Source: Oscillospiraceae bacterium (GTDB lineage Bacteria; Bacillota; Clostridia; Oscillospirales; CAG-272). Taken from it: 64,000 nucleotides of DNA. The stretch is from the NCBI GenBank assembly GCA_015065065.1, contig SVQX01000002.1, forward strand, positions 10,233 through 74,232. Reading direction: 5' to 3'. Shown here one piece after another: positions 51,439-61,891 of the stretch. The position numbers and the translations under genes are program-made. Position 1 is the stretch's first letter. Each line of letters opens with the position of its first letter. The notes below the pieces were generated by a model. It worked only from the letters and a program-made list of their open reading frames with translations, was not told the origin of the DNA and made no database searches.

Positions 51439-51783
51439 ATGAGAGCAAATATACCGAAGGGAATGGGCGGCGGTCAGAATATGCAGTCGCTTATCCGTCA
51501 GGCACAGAAGATGCAGGAGGATATGGCGGCTAAGCAGGCCGAGCTTGAGGAAAAGGAATATGAAATAAAGGCAGGCGGCGGTGCTGTTTGCGTTAAGATC
51601 AACGGAAAAAAGGAGATCCTCTCCATTGATATCTCTCCCGAGATAGTTGATCCCGACGATATCGAAACCTTGTCCGACATACTCGTAGCGGGAGTTAACG
51701 AGGCTATCAAGAAGGTGGAATCCACCAATCAAGCTGAAATGGACAAGATAAGCGGCGCACTCAATATGCCGGGAATGTTCTGA
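51439..51783 (+). CDS. ybaB: nucleoid-associated protein YbaB/EbfC
   Basis: NMQSLIRQAQKMQEDM.. family N-terminus. dnaX-ybaB-recR synteny. ATG 51439. Confidence 0.9.
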   Translation: MRANIPKGMGGGQNMQSLIRQAQKMQEDMAAKQAELEEKEYEIKAGGGAVCVKINGKKEILSIDISPEIVDPDDIETLSDILVAGVNEAIKKVESTNQAEMDKISGALNMPGMF

Positions 51784-51784
51784 T

Positions 51785-52384
51785 ATGGCTGACTACATTG
51801 AGTCGCTCAGCCGACTTTCGGAGCAATTCGCAAAGCTTGGCGGAGTGGGCAGAAAAAGTGCTATGCGTATGGCATTCTCGGTGCTTGAGCTGACCGAGGA
51901 GGAGGTTGAGGAATTTGCCGATGCCATAATTGATGCCAAGCGCAAGATCCACCTTTGCCCGATATGCCAGAATCTTACCGACAGGGAAATTTGCCGTGTC
52001 TGTGACGACGAGGAGCGCGACCATAGCCTTGTGTGTGTTGTTTCTGATGCAAAGACTGTTATGGCTATGGAAAAGGTGAGGGAATATAAGGGCGTTTATC
52101 ACGTGCTTCACGGTGTTCTGTCACCACTTAACGGTATTACCCCTGATAAACTCAAGATAAAAGAGCTTCTTGCCCGCATTGATAAGGACGAGGTAAGTGA
52201 GGTTATCGTTGCAACTAATGCTGACGTGGAAGGCGAAACGACTGCTATGTATATTGCACGACTTTTGCGTCCACTCGGAGTGAAGGTCACCCGCCTTGCA
52301 TACGGTATTTCGGTTGGTACGGATATTGAATATGCCGACGAAGTAACCCTTTATCGCGCGCTGCAGGGCAGACGGGACGTATAA
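51785..52384 (+). CDS. recR: recombination protein RecR
   Basis: Zinc finger CPICQNLTDREICRVC and a Toprim region (VVSDAKTVMAMEK). Confidence 0.95.
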   Translation: MADYIESLSRLSEQFAKLGGVGRKSAMRMAFSVLELTEEEVEEFADAIIDAKRKIHLCPICQNLTDREICRVCDDEERDHSLVCVVSDAKTVMAMEKVREYKGVYHVLHGVLSPLNGITPDKLKIKELLARIDKDEVSEVIVATNADVEGETTAMYIARLLRPLGVKVTRLAYGISVGTDIEYADEVTLYRALQGRRDV

Positions 52385-52386
52385 AA

Positions 52387-52416
52387 TAAAAAAGCTGACT
52401 TACAGTCAGCTTTTTT
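52387..52416. terminator. bidirectional intrinsic terminator (recR / his operon)
   Basis: AAAAAA-GCTGACT-TAC-AGTCAGC-TTTTTT. Confidence 0.8.
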
Positions 52417-52417
52417 A

Positions 52418-52759
52418 TTAGGTGTTCCTATCAACAGTTTTCATCTGCTTTAAATTTCCGATCTTCTCGGCGCGTCGGTCATTTTCGGCGAGTATCTCGG
52501 AGATATCAAGACCTTTTTCCGCACACATTACAAGCACGTGATACAGTAGGTCACAGACCTCGCCGCACAGCTCCTCGCGTGAGCCTTCTCCGTCGTTTTT
52601 AGCTGCTATAATGGTTTCCGCACACTCCTCGCCAACCTTTTTGAGAATTTTATCAAGTCCTTTTTCAAACAGGTAGCATGTATACGAGCCCTCAGCGGGG
52701 TTAGCCTTTCTGTCAAGGATAACCTCGTACATTTTTGTAAGTGAATCTTTATTATCCAT
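52418..52759 (-). CDS. hisE: phosphoribosyl-ATP pyrophosphatase
   Basis: SYTCYLFEKGLDKILKKVGEE..E..DLLYH. Own GGAGGT RBS and ATG 52759. Confidence 0.9.
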   Translation of the reverse strand: MDNKDSLTKMYEVILDRKANPAEGSYTCYLFEKGLDKILKKVGEECAETIIAAKNDGEGSREELCGEVCDLLYHVLVMCAEKGLDISEILAENDRRAEKIGNLKQMKTVDRNT

Positions 52760-52772
52760 AGTGACCTCCAAA

Positions 52773-53096
52773 TTAAATTTCCCACTCGCGGTAGAAGCAG
52801 GTATCGTTACCCGTGTGGCAAGCGGGGCCAACGGGGTCCACCTTTATAAGTAAGGTGTCACAATCACAATCGTAGTAAATGTGCTTAACGAGCATAAAAT
52901 GTCCCGATGTTTCTCCTTTACACCAAAGCTTGTTTCGGCTACGGCTGAAAAAGGTGCATTTTCCGCTCTCAAGAGTGAGTCCGAAAGACTCTGCGTTCAT
53001 GTAAGCGAGCATTAGCACCTTGCCCGTCGTGTCGTCCTGAACTATTGTGGGGACAAGCTGTTGTTTTTCAAACAAAAATAAATAGTCCTTCATCAA
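52773..53096 (-). CDS. hisI: phosphoribosyl-AMP cyclohydrolase
   Basis: [20 protein letters not shown]..LWxKGETSG and DCDxDTLL motifs. Confidence 0.9.
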   Translation of the reverse strand: MMKDYLFLFEKQQLVPTIVQDDTTGKVLMLAYMNAESFGLTLESGKCTFFSRSRNKLWCKGETSGHFMLVKHIYYDCDCDTLLIKVDPVGPACHTGNDTCFYREWEI

Positions 53097-53863
53097 AGTC
53101 GCACCTCCACGCCGCGATTTTTAAGATATGCCTTAAGCTCACGAATCTCCATTTCGCGATAATGGAACAGGGTAGCCGCAAGTGCCGCATCAGCCCCCGC
53201 TTCAAATGTGTCGTAAAAATGCTCCATCTTGCCCGCGCCTCCCGAAGCGATAACGGGAATATTCAAGCCGTGAGCCACACGGCCTGTGATATCGTTATCA
53301 AAACCGTTTCTCGTGCCGTCGGCGTCCATGGTTGTAAGCAGTATCTCGCCCGCACCGCGCGCCTCAAGCTCTGAAGCCCATTTTATGGCATCAATACCCG
53401 TATCCTTACGTCCGCCGTGAACGAAAACGTGATAGATTCCTTTTCCGTCCTCATCATAACCAACGCGCTTTGCGTCAATGGCGGCAACCACGCATTGTGA
53501 GCCGAATTTTTCAGCAGCATCCGAGATGAGCTTGGGATTTACAACTGCCGCCGAATTGACGGCAACCTTGTCAGCGCCCGCCAAAAGGAGAGTGCGAAAA
53601 TCCTCAACCGAGGAAATACCGCCACCTACAGTCAATGGAACGAACAGCTCACAAGCAGCCTTTTCCACAAGCGTGGCAAAGGTTTTTCGTCCCTCGTGAG
53701 TTGCTGTAATATCAAGAAAGCACACCTCATCCGCCCCTTGAGCGTTATAGTATCTTGCGTTGTCAACGATATCACCTGCATCACGAAGATCAACGAAATT
53801 AACTCCCTTTACGACTCTGCCGTCCTTAACGTCAAGGCAGGGAATAATTCTTTTTGCAAGCAT
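53093..53863 (-). CDS. hisF: imidazole glycerol phosphate synthase cyclase subunit
   Basis: [16 protein letters not shown] and ASGGAG motifs. Confidence 0.95.
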   Translation of the reverse strand: MLAKRIIPCLDVKDGRVVKGVNFVDLRDAGDIVDNARYYNAQGADEVCFLDITATHEGRKTFATLVEKAACELFVPLTVGGGISSVEDFRTLLLAGADKVAVNSAAVVNPKLISDAAEKFGSQCVVAAIDAKRVGYDEDGKGIYHVFVHGGRKDTGIDAIKWASELEARGAGEILLTTMDADGTRNGFDNDITGRVAHGLNIPVIASGGAGKMEHFYDTFEAGADAALAATLFHYREMEIRELKAYLKNRGVEVRL

Positions 53864-53864
53864 G

Positions 53865-54596
53865 TCAAGCCCCTCCGTTTGCGGCGTAGTCGATAGCCGT
53901 TTTCAAGTCAAGCGTGCCTGCGTATATGGACTTTCCGCATATGGCGCCCCAAAGTTCCATATCGGAGAGCGCCTTGATATCGTCAAGGATATGGATTCCT
54001 CCGCTTGCTGTGATCTTGCACTGCGGTACAGCAGCAGATAACTCTGCGAGCATGTCAAGATTTGGACCTGTCAGCGTGCCGTCGCGGCTGATATCGGTAA
54101 AGATTATTCCCGACGCACCAGCCGACACAACGCTTTTTGCAAAGTCAATATAATAAAGGTCGGTAGAATTTATCCAGCCCGCCGTTGCAATGTAACCGTT
54201 TTTAGCATCAATACCAACGGTAATTCTGTCACCGTATTTGTCAATAGCACGTGACAGAAATGACAGGTCGGTAGCGGCAGAGCCGAGAATAAGCCGCTGA
54301 ACTCCGCAAGCCGCCGCTTCGTCAAGGTCGCGCATGCTCCGAAGACCGCCGCCAAGCTCTACTATAAGCCCGGATTTGTCAATTATTTCGCTGACTGCAC
54401 GGCGGTTAAGAGCCGAAGTAGCACCATCCTTTGCACCGTCAAGGTCTACCATGTGTATTTGCTCAGCACCGCAGGACTTAAAATATAGCGCAGTTTGCAG
54501 CGCATCCTCGGCAACCTTGTCGGCAGTATTATATTCGCCCTTGACAAGCCGCACACAGCGGCCGCCGAGCAAATCGATTGCGGGTAAAATAATCAT
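53865..54596 (-). CDS. hisA: 1-(5-phosphoribosyl)-5-[(5-phosphoribosylamino)methylideneamino]imidazole-4-carboxamide isomerase
   Basis: [16 protein letters not shown] and [12 protein letters not shown]. Confidence 0.95.
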   Translation of the reverse strand: MIILPAIDLLGGRCVRLVKGEYNTADKVAEDALQTALYFKSCGAEQIHMVDLDGAKDGATSALNRRAVSEIIDKSGLIVELGGGLRSMRDLDEAAACGVQRLILGSAATDLSFLSRAIDKYGDRITVGIDAKNGYIATAGWINSTDLYYIDFAKSVVSAGASGIIFTDISRDGTLTGPNLDMLAELSAAVPQCKITASGGIHILDDIKALSDMELWGAICGKSIYAGTLDLKTAIDYAANGGA

Positions 54597-54620
54597 TTGA
54601 ATAACCTTTCAAAATTAAAA

Positions 54621-55241
54621 TCAAAGAGCGCAGAAGGCTGAAATTATGGAAAGTCCCGTATCGTGACTTTTTTCGGGATGGAACTGCGCGCCGTACACGG
54701 GAAGGTCACAGCTACCGACGATAGCAGGGATGTCTTCGCCGTAGTGAGTATAAGCAATCACGTTATCGGAAGCAGTATCAGCACGGAAGGAATGAACGAA
54801 ATACACGTATGCGTCGTTGTTCAAATTTGCAATAATGGGGCAATTTTTGTTGATGGAAAGGGAATTCCAACCGATATGCGGTATTTTCAATCCGTGCGCG
54901 TCAATAGGAACTACTCTGCCCTCAATAAGTCCAAGTCCGTGGGTAACGCCAAATTCAAGGCTTTCCTCGAACAAAAGCTGCATGCCAAGGCAAATGCCGA
55001 GAAGCGGCTTGCCGCTACGGCACTGCTCTATAATAAGCTTGTCAAGTCCGCTTTTCTGAAGCGCCGCCATAGCGTCGGGGAAAGCACCCACACCCGGCAA
55101 AATAAGCCTGTCAGCGGCTTTTATGTCCTCGGGCGAGTCAGATACTCGGCAAGGTATTCCAAGGTGATCCAGAGCATTTTTGACGCTGTGGAGGTTACCC
55201 ATTCCATAGTCGATAATAGCAACAAATCCGTTCTGTGTCAT
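54621..55241 (-). CDS. hisH: imidazole glycerol phosphate synthase glutaminase subunit
   Basis: LPGVGAF, GICLGMQLL and QFHPEKS (class-I amidotransferase triad). Confidence 0.95.
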   Translation of the reverse strand: MTQNGFVAIIDYGMGNLHSVKNALDHLGIPCRVSDSPEDIKAADRLILPGVGAFPDAMAALQKSGLDKLIIEQCRSGKPLLGICLGMQLLFEESLEFGVTHGLGLIEGRVVPIDAHGLKIPHIGWNSLSINKNCPIIANLNNDAYVYFVHSFRADTASDNVIAYTHYGEDIPAIVGSCDLPVYGAQFHPEKSHDTGLSIISAFCAL

Positions 55242-55250
55242 TTTACACCG

Positions 55251-55862
55251 TTATGCGTCAAGCGTTCCTTTAGTGGAAAGCACGTCGCCATCATTTATAC
55301 GTGCCGCCATACAAAGTGCGCGTGCGAATGCCTTGAACATAGATTCAACCTTGTGGTGGTCGTTGTCACCGTACATATTTTCAATGTGGAGGGTAACCCC
55401 CGCATTCATAGCAAATGCATAGAAAAATTCCTTGAACATAGTGGTCTCCATCGCACCCTCAACCTCGCCAACGTACTGATAGTTGAAGGAAGCGTTATAT
55501 ACAAGGTAGGGACGTCCCGAAATATCAAGCACACAGCGGGAAAGGCTTTCGTCCATAGGGATACAAGCCTGACCGAAGCGAGCAAGACAAGCGCGGTCAC
55601 CCGCCGCCTTGAGGAATACACTGCCAAGCACGATTCCGAGATCCTCAATGCTGTGGTGATCGTCAACCTGAAGGTCACCCGTCATTTCAAGCTTTATATC
55701 CAAGTGACCGTGTACACAAAGGGCTGACATCATGTGATCCATAAATCCGACACCCGTAGTGCCGTTAAATCCTCCGCGCTGATTTTGATCAAGAATTGAA
55801 AGAGTTAGCGTAATATTGGTTTCGTTTGTTTTTCGGGTGATTTTTGCAGTTCTGTTATTCAT
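55251..55862 (-). CDS. hisB: imidazoleglycerol-phosphate dehydratase
   Basis: TNETNI, DxHHxxE and GxNxHHxxES motifs. Confidence 0.95.
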   Translation of the reverse strand: MNNRTAKITRKTNETNITLTLSILDQNQRGGFNGTTGVGFMDHMMSALCVHGHLDIKLEMTGDLQVDDHHSIEDLGIVLGSVFLKAAGDRACLARFGQACIPMDESLSRCVLDISGRPYLVYNASFNYQYVGEVEGAMETTMFKEFFYAFAMNAGVTLHIENMYGDNDHHKVESMFKAFARALCMAARINDGDVLSTKGTLDA

Positions 55863-55877
55863 AGCGTTTCCTTTCCA

Positions 55878-56927
55878 TCAAAGAGATTTAAGGATATTTC
55901 CAAGGGACTTACAGAGCATATCATGCTCCTCGTCGGTAGAAGCTGTTATGCGGAGATTGCAGGGAGGGAAATACCGTATCGCAATTCCGTCTGCGATCAG
56001 CGAGTCGAATATCGCTTTGGCTTTTTCGGTTTTTAAGTAAACAAAATTAGTGCGCGTAGGATAGAAGGTAGCATCGGGCAACAGTCCGGACAATACAGTC
56101 GCAAGCTTTTGCGCTTGTGCCGCGAGATATGCGCCTTTATTCGACGACTCGTTTTCAAGCACCAGCTTGCCCAAAAGCTGTGTCATGCTGTTTACGTTAT
56201 AGGGACTGCGCGCAACGGAAAGAGCATCTATAAGCGACTTGTGACCTACCGCAAAGCCAGCGCGGATAGCCGCCGCGCCGAAAGCCTTGGAGAGTGTGCG
56301 CAAAACGATAAGATTTTCAAAATCCGTTGCTCTATCAAGAATTGATTGATCCCAGAAATCCATGTACGCCTCGTCGACTATACAAAGCGCGGGGCAATTT
56401 TGGACAAAATCCAACACTTGTTCACGCTCAAATCCCATTCCCGTGGGATTGCAGGGATTTGAAAATATCACTGCGCGGCAATTATTTTCTTTTACAAATG
56501 GAAGCAGAGAATCAAGGCTGTAATTTTCATCCTTTTCGGTGTAAAACACGGTATTTTCCGAAAGCTGAGCGTAAAAGGCATACATGGAAAATTCGGGACT
56601 TGCCACAGCAAGCGTGTCACCCTTATCCATAAGGGACGTCATAATAATGCTTATCAGCTCGTCCGAGCCGTTACCTGCCACGGTATTTTCTATGGGCACG
56701 CCGTATCTTCTTGCAAATGCGCACCGAAGCTCGAAGGATGACGGATCAGGATATCTGTTCAAGGCAAAAATTGCAGAATCAGTATCATTCAGCGCTTCGA
56801 TAAACCTTTTTCTTACTCCGCCGTCAAGAGGAAAGGGACTTTCGTTAGCATCAAGGCGAAGCTTGAAATTACCGCAATTCGGCTCATAGGGAACCTTGCC
56901 TTCCATTTTTTTTGAAACAAAACTCAT
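55878..56927 (-). CDS. hisC: histidinol-phosphate aminotransferase
   Basis: LDANESP, NPCNPTG and LRTLSKAFGAA (PLP Lys). Confidence 0.9.
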   Translation of the reverse strand: MSFVSKKMEGKVPYEPNCGNFKLRLDANESPFPLDGGVRKRFIEALNDTDSAIFALNRYPDPSSFELRCAFARRYGVPIENTVAGNGSDELISIIMTSLMDKGDTLAVASPEFSMYAFYAQLSENTVFYTEKDENYSLDSLLPFVKENNCRAVIFSNPCNPTGMGFEREQVLDFVQNCPALCIVDEAYMDFWDQSILDRATDFENLIVLRTLSKAFGAAAIRAGFAVGHKSLIDALSVARSPYNVNSMTQLLGKLVLENESSNKGAYLAAQAQKLATVLSGLLPDATFYPTRTNFVYLKTEKAKAIFDSLIADGIAIRYFPPCNLRITASTDEEHDMLCKSLGNILKSL

Positions 56928-56951
56928 GTTACTTCCTTAAAAACTTAAAAA

Positions 56952-58256
56952 TTATTTTTTCAGTCTTACGCGCACCGAATTTGCGTGCGCTCCAAGACCT
57001 TCGACCTCTGCAAATTCAATAACGTCCTCGGCGTCCTTCAAAAATTCGTCCTTCGTGTATGAAAGGTAGCTCATTTTCTTGATGAAATCGTCGACCGACA
57101 ACGGCGAGGAAAATCTTGCTGTGCCGTTGGTGGGAAGCACGTGATTCGTACCCGCAAAATAATCTCCCATAGGCTCAGGACAATATTCGCCAAGGAATAT
57201 GCTGCCCGCGTTTTCCACCTTTTCAAGATCGGAGAAGGGATCGGCAGTCACTATTTCAAGATGCTCGGGTGCAACCGTGTTGGCGACCTCAAAGGCTTCG
57301 TCGATATCCCTGACAAGTATAGCGGCTGAATAATCAGCGAGTGAAGCCTCGGCGATCTCACGGCGGGGAAGCGACGCAAGCTGAAGCTCAAGCTCTCTTT
57401 GAACGCTTGAAATGAGGCTTGCATCGGGAGTGATAAGCACCGCGCTTGCAGCTCTGTCATGCTCAAGCTGAGAGAGCAGGTCAGCGGCAATATAATCTGC
57501 GCGAGCCGTAGAATCCGCAACGCAGCATACCTCTGAAGGTCCTGCAATCATATCAATGGCGACCGTTCCGAAAACCTGTCGCTTTGCCTCGGCAACGAAC
57601 ATATTTCCGGGACCTACGATCTTGTCCACTGCGGGGACAGTTTCAGTTCCATAAGCCAACGCCGCGACAGCCTGCGCGCCGCCAATGGTAAAAACCTTTG
57701 TCACTCCTGCAATTTTTGCCGCCGCCGCGATGGCAGGATTAAGTCCGTCAGCCTTCGGGGGAGTGACGAGAATTATCTCTTCGACACCCGCCACGGATGC
57801 GGGAATACAGTTCATAAGTACAGTTGAAGGATATGCGGCAGTTCCGCCGGGAACGTACACGCCAACGCGCTTCAAGGGACGCACGATACGTCCCAGAGTT
57901 TTACCGCCGCGCTTCATAACGTAGCCGTCTGAAAGCTGCTTTTCGTGATACGCACGAATATTTGCCGCCGCGCGCTCCATAGTTGCATATAGCTTTGGGG
58001 AAAGCTTTGACGCGGCTGTGTCGATTTCGGTTTGATCGAGGTAAAGGCTTTCGAGACGAACTCCGTCGAACCTTTCGCAATAATCCAAAAGCGCCTCGTC
58101 CCCGTACCTACGCACGCGGTCAATTACCTCGCGAACCTTGACGGTTATGTCGTCAGAAACGTTTTTTGCGCGTGAGGAAAGCAAGGCATAAAGCTCCTTT
58201 TCCTCGCCACGGGAAGTGTTGTATATTTTCATGGGAATAGCCTTTCGTAGTATCAT
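56952..58256 (-). CDS. hisD: histidinol dehydrogenase
   Basis: [23 protein letters not shown] and APEHLE motifs. ATGA overlap with the hisG stop. Confidence 0.95.
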   Translation of the reverse strand: MILRKAIPMKIYNTSRGEEKELYALLSSRAKNVSDDITVKVREVIDRVRRYGDEALLDYCERFDGVRLESLYLDQTEIDTAASKLSPKLYATMERAAANIRAYHEKQLSDGYVMKRGGKTLGRIVRPLKRVGVYVPGGTAAYPSTVLMNCIPASVAGVEEIILVTPPKADGLNPAIAAAAKIAGVTKVFTIGGAQAVAALAYGTETVPAVDKIVGPGNMFVAEAKRQVFGTVAIDMIAGPSEVCCVADSTARADYIAADLLSQLEHDRAASAVLITPDASLISSVQRELELQLASLPRREIAEASLADYSAAILVRDIDEAFEVANTVAPEHLEIVTADPFSDLEKVENAGSIFLGEYCPEPMGDYFAGTNHVLPTNGTARFSSPLSVDDFIKKMSYLSYTKDEFLKDAEDVIEFAEVEGLGAHANSVRVRLKK

Positions 58257-58906
58257 TTGTTTTTCAAATACGCGGAAATGCGGTCAAGGAAGGTATTGAT
58301 TTCGGCGTTCTGAAGCTTGAGAGATGCATTATTAACAATACAACGCGCCGAAATGGAAGCTACATCCTCATACACCTCAAGTCCGTTTTCGCGGAGGGTA
58401 GCACCCGTTTCAACGATATCAATAATACCGTCGGAAAGTCCGAGTATGGGAGCAAGCTCAACCGAGCCTTCAATCTTGATGATTTCACATTCGACACCGC
58501 GGGATGCAAAATACTTTGCGGTAACGTTGGGGTATTTGGTGGCAATAACCTTGTGACCGTAGCCCGCATAGAAATCCTTGCCCTTAATTCCCGCAAGAGC
58601 AAAGCGGCATTTGCCAAATCCAAGGTCAAGCAGCTCGTAAAAATCGCCGCCCATTTCCATAATGGTATCGCGTCCCACAAATCCAGCGTCACACGTACCG
58701 TGCTCAACGTAGGTTATAACGTCCGCCGCCTTGGCAAGCACGATCTGCAAGCAATCGTCCGCGGCTGTATCTGCGCCAACGTAAGGACAGTTGAACAGAA
58801 GCTTACGGCCCTTGTCGCGAAGCTCGGAGACGTCGTAACCGCAATTTTCAAGAATATCAATAGCTTTTTGCTCAATTCTGCCTTTGGTGAGAGCTAATTT
58901 TATCAT
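58253..58906 (-). CDS. hisG: ATP phosphoribosyltransferase, short form
   Basis: 217 aa, LALTKGR and DIVETGATLREN. The short form is consistent with the presence of hisZ. Confidence 0.95.
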   Translation of the reverse strand: MIKLALTKGRIEQKAIDILENCGYDVSELRDKGRKLLFNCPYVGADTAADDCLQIVLAKAADVITYVEHGTCDAGFVGRDTIMEMGGDFYELLDLGFGKCRFALAGIKGKDFYAGYGHKVIATKYPNVTAKYFASRGVECEIIKIEGSVELAPILGLSDGIIDIVETGATLRENGLEVYEDVASISARCIVNNASLKLQNAEINTFLDRISAYLKNK

Positions 58907-60006
58907 TTTCTGCCACCTCCGCAGTTATTTTCAACGAACCGTTTTGCAAGGATCACGTCCGCCGCACCGTTTGCGAAGGACAAAGGCTTTACATAGGGCA
59001 AAGGCTTCTCGGTAAGCTCGGCGGCGCTGGTTACGTTAAGACCGAAGCCGCATGCCGATTCCTCAGAACCGAAGTCACGAGCAAGATCGTCATATCTGCC
59101 GCCCGACAGCACCGCCTCGCCAATACCGCTGATGTAGCCGCGGAAAACGAGCCCCGTATAGTAATTTATCTTCTGTACCATACCAAGATCAAACATCAGA
59201 TAATCACCGTAGCCCGCCTCGCAGAAGGTATTATAGACGGATTCAAGATAGTCGAGAATCTCGCTTGCCTTTTTGTTTGATGAAAGGGCGCGAGCCTTAT
59301 CGATAGTTTCAATGCCGCCGCACAGACGGGGAAGGATACGTGCAAGTCGAGTAGCATATTCGTTGGTCATATTAAGCTCAAAGGCGTATCCGCCCGAGTT
59401 TTTAGCCGATATATACGCCCGCAGATTTTCCTTTTCGCTCTCGGTTATCTCGTAGTCGGACAAAAGAGCGTCAAAAAGGGAAGCGTGACCTATCTCAAGC
59501 TTGAAATTACACCCGTTTTGTGCGGTACAGGCACGCAAGGATTCCAGTGCGGTGAACATTACGCGCAGATCGCCCTCCTTTTTATCTCCGCCTATTATCT
59601 CAACACCGCTTTGCAGTATCTCGTCGCGCTTGGCGTGAAAAGCAATGTGATTACGGAAGATGGGCTGACTGTAACAAAGAAGGAGCGGAAACTGCTCGTC
59701 GCGCAGCTTGGATGTTGCAACGCGAAGCATAGGGGACGTGTTATCGGGACGGAGAGCTACAAGTCTGCCCGAGCCGTTGCCCGTCATATCGTTGAATTTG
59801 AAAATACTGTCCTCGCTGATATCCCGTTTACCGTGGTCGAATACGTTGTAAAATTCGGTCACGGGAGTTTCCACCGGCTTAAAGCCCGTAGACAAATACA
59901 GCTCCATCAAAGAATTCCCAAGAACGCGGGGGGCTATTGCTTCTTCAAAAATCAAATCGCGCGTTCCACCCGGAATCACATTTTGTACATAGTTTTTTAC
60001 TTTCAT
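58903..60006 (-). CDS. hisZ: ATP phosphoribosyltransferase regulatory subunit
   Basis: HisRS-like class-II fold (GTRDLIFEE, LRPDNTSP, GGRYD). First gene of the his operon. Confidence 0.85.
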   Translation of the reverse strand: MKVKNYVQNVIPGGTRDLIFEEAIAPRVLGNSLMELYLSTGFKPVETPVTEFYNVFDHGKRDISEDSIFKFNDMTGNGSGRLVALRPDNTSPMLRVATSKLRDEQFPLLLCYSQPIFRNHIAFHAKRDEILQSGVEIIGGDKKEGDLRVMFTALESLRACTAQNGCNFKLEIGHASLFDALLSDYEITESEKENLRAYISAKNSGGYAFELNMTNEYATRLARILPRLCGGIETIDKARALSSNKKASEILDYLESVYNTFCEAGYGDYLMFDLGMVQKINYYTGLVFRGYISGIGEAVLSGGRYDDLARDFGSEESACGFGLNVTSAAELTEKPLPYVKPLSFANGAADVILAKRFVENNCGGGRK

Positions 60007-60041
60007 ATAACACCCTCCGCTTTAGCGCTTTACTTTACTAA

Positions 60042-60070
60042 ATTATATCACTGTCCAGCGCCGTTGTCAA
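60042..60070 (-). promoter_or_regulatory. consensus sigma-A promoter of the his operon
   Basis: Minus strand reads TTGACA (60070-60065), 17 nt, TATAAT (60047-60042). Only about 30 nt of leader precede the hisZ ATG. Confidence 0.6.
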
Positions 60071-60151
60071 CTAAAATTTCAATTAAAATAAGACGAAATT
60101 GTCGCTTTAGCTCGCTAAAATATTGTATATAATACACAAAGCACCTAATTA

Positions 60152-60958
60152 TCAAAATTCACTTTCTGTATCAAGACTTTCCGAAGGTGTGTTTTCCGCA
60201 TCTGAAAAAGCGGGAAGCCGTCTGTCGGGGAGCTTAAAGCCGTCTATTTCGGCTTTTTGCATAGCGTTAAAAAGACGGTTGCGAAGCCCGCGATACCGTG
60301 GATCTCTATGCTCATATTCCTGCAAAAGTGCCTTTATTTGCTCGCGTTCAGTGGACTTATCGGCAGGACAGGATGACTTGATGACGGGCAGCTCGGCTTG
60401 TCTTGCAAAGGCACTGACCGTTTTTTCGGGCATATAGATCATAGGTCTGATTACTGTTAGGTCAACTCTTGACAGATAAGTAACGGGGCTGAAGCAGCCG
60501 ATACGACCCTCAAAAAACAGATTGAGCATAAAGGTTTCTACCGCATCATCCCAGTGATGTCCGAGAGCAACGGTAGTACATCCTCGCTCCTTGGCAGCGT
60601 TATTGAGCGCGCCGCGGCGCAGCTTTGCGCACAGCGAGCAGGGGTTGGGTTCTTTTCTTATGTCAAAAACTATCTTGGCAATATCGGATGGGACAACCGT
60701 ATAAGGAACGTCCAGCTCAGCGCACAGTCGTGCGATCTCCGAAAAATCCGCTCCACCCTCAAATCCCATGTCAACCGTTACGGCTTCAAGCTCAAATTTT
60801 ACGGGATAAAAGCGTTTGAGCGTCGCCATTGCGCACAACAGGGTGAGCGAATCCTTGCCCGCAGAAACTCCCACGGCAATTTTGTCGCCCTCCCGTATCA
60901 TTTTATAATCATCAACAGCACGTCTGACGTAGCTGAGTATCTGTCTTTTATAATCCAT
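60152..60958 (-). CDS. PP-loop ATPase, TtcA-like tRNA thiolation enzyme
   Basis: PP-loop VGVSAGKDS and Cys motifs (CSLCAKLRR, SSCPAD). Start at ATG 60958 (MDYKRQIL..). Confidence 0.75.
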   Translation of the reverse strand: MDYKRQILSYVRRAVDDYKMIREGDKIAVGVSAGKDSLTLLCAMATLKRFYPVKFELEAVTVDMGFEGGADFSEIARLCAELDVPYTVVPSDIAKIVFDIRKEPNPCSLCAKLRRGALNNAAKERGCTTVALGHHWDDAVETFMLNLFFEGRIGCFSPVTYLSRVDLTVIRPMIYMPEKTVSAFARQAELPVIKSSCPADKSTEREQIKALLQEYEHRDPRYRGLRNRLFNAMQKAEIDGFKLPDRRLPAFSDAENTPSESLDTESEF

Positions 60959-60968
60959 GTTTGTCCTT

Positions 60969-61754
60969 TTATTTCGATTTGTTTGACAGCAAAAAGCTGT
61001 CGGGAAATGCGCAGTGCTGATAAATATAGTCGCACTCCGCAGTCGGCGTTTGAGTCGCGTTGCCGTCAGCATCCACGCGAGACAAGCACAGCGGGGGGGT
61101 GATAGTCATACTTGCTCCCGCACCCTTTTGTGCTTCCACAAGCACCATAGACGGTTTGGAAAGAGCGTTAGAATGAACGAGAGTCATACGCTTGGGCTCA
61201 AGCTCTGCACTGCGTAATGCCGCAAAGAGATCGGCAAGTCTGTTCGGGCGGAATACACAGTAAAATCTACCGCCGTATTTAAGCAATCTGCCTGCCGCCG
61301 CGCAGAAATCAAATATTGAGCCTGCTACCTCGTGGCGAGCGATATATTTTTCGTCAGCCGAGTTGCGCTCACCCGAATTCACCGTCATATATGGGGGATT
61401 AGCAGTAACGATGCCAACCTCGCCGCCAACGTCCTGCGACGTAATAGCACGAACGTCGATACAAAGCGGGGTAATTTTCTCGGAAAAGCCGTTAAGCTCC
61501 ACGTTTCTTGAAATAAGGTCTGCGAACGACCGCTGTATCTCAAGCGCATAAAAATGAGAAGCCTTGCTGCGGCTCATGCACAAAAGGGGAATAATACCCG
61601 TTCCGCTACCGAGATCTACAGCACGTTCCTTGGATTTCGTACGCAAAAATGCCGCCAGAAGGTACGCATCCGTACCAAAAGTAAGTCCGTTTTTCTTTTG
61701 GATAAGCCTTATATTTTCATTGACCTCGTCAAATCTCTCGTCGTCAAATAACAT
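60969..61754 (-). CDS. trmN6: tRNA (adenine-N6)-methyltransferase TrmN6/YfiC-like (SAM-dependent, NPPY)
   Basis: VDLGSGTGII SAM motif and TANPPYM catalytic motif. Start at ATG 61754, 7 nt after GGAGG. This is the yabB position relative to holB-yaaT, as in B. subtilis. Confidence 0.75.
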   Translation of the reverse strand: MLFDDERFDEVNENIRLIQKKNGLTFGTDAYLLAAFLRTKSKERAVDLGSGTGIIPLLCMSRSKASHFYALEIQRSFADLISRNVELNGFSEKITPLCIDVRAITSQDVGGEVGIVTANPPYMTVNSGERNSADEKYIARHEVAGSIFDFCAAAGRLLKYGGRFYCVFRPNRLADLFAALRSAELEPKRMTLVHSNALSKPSMVLVEAQKGAGASMTITPPLCLSRVDADGNATQTPTAECDYIYQHCAFPDSFLLSNKSK

Positions 61755-61891
61755 ACATACCTCCGTTGTGCCGCATGAAGGCACAAAATGTAAACGGCTC
61801 CAACTGAAAATCATCAGCGGGAGCCGTTGGCAAATTGCCATGCCGCGGAATACCGACGGCTTACATTGTGAAAATGTAACTCGCAGGGCTA

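Noticed and set aside
52759-52775. hisI/hisE junction as a frameshifted (broken) hisIE fusion
   Set aside because: hisI ends with a clean TAA. hisE has its own GGAGGT RBS and ATG 13 nt later, and both products are full length. These are two intact genes, not a pseudogene.
54663-55727. 354-aa plus-strand ORF spanning the hisH and hisB region
   Set aside because: It is entirely antisense to two clearly identified his genes and crosses their boundary. The protein shows no recognisable motifs and has odd composition. It is a typical shadow ORF produced by codon bias on the opposite strand.
60007-60151. Possible T-box or attenuator leader upstream of the his operon
   Set aside because: The consensus promoter leaves only about 30 nt of leader before the hisZ ATG. 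That is far too short for a T-box (about 200 nt) or a leader peptide, and no specifier/antiterminator elements are visible.
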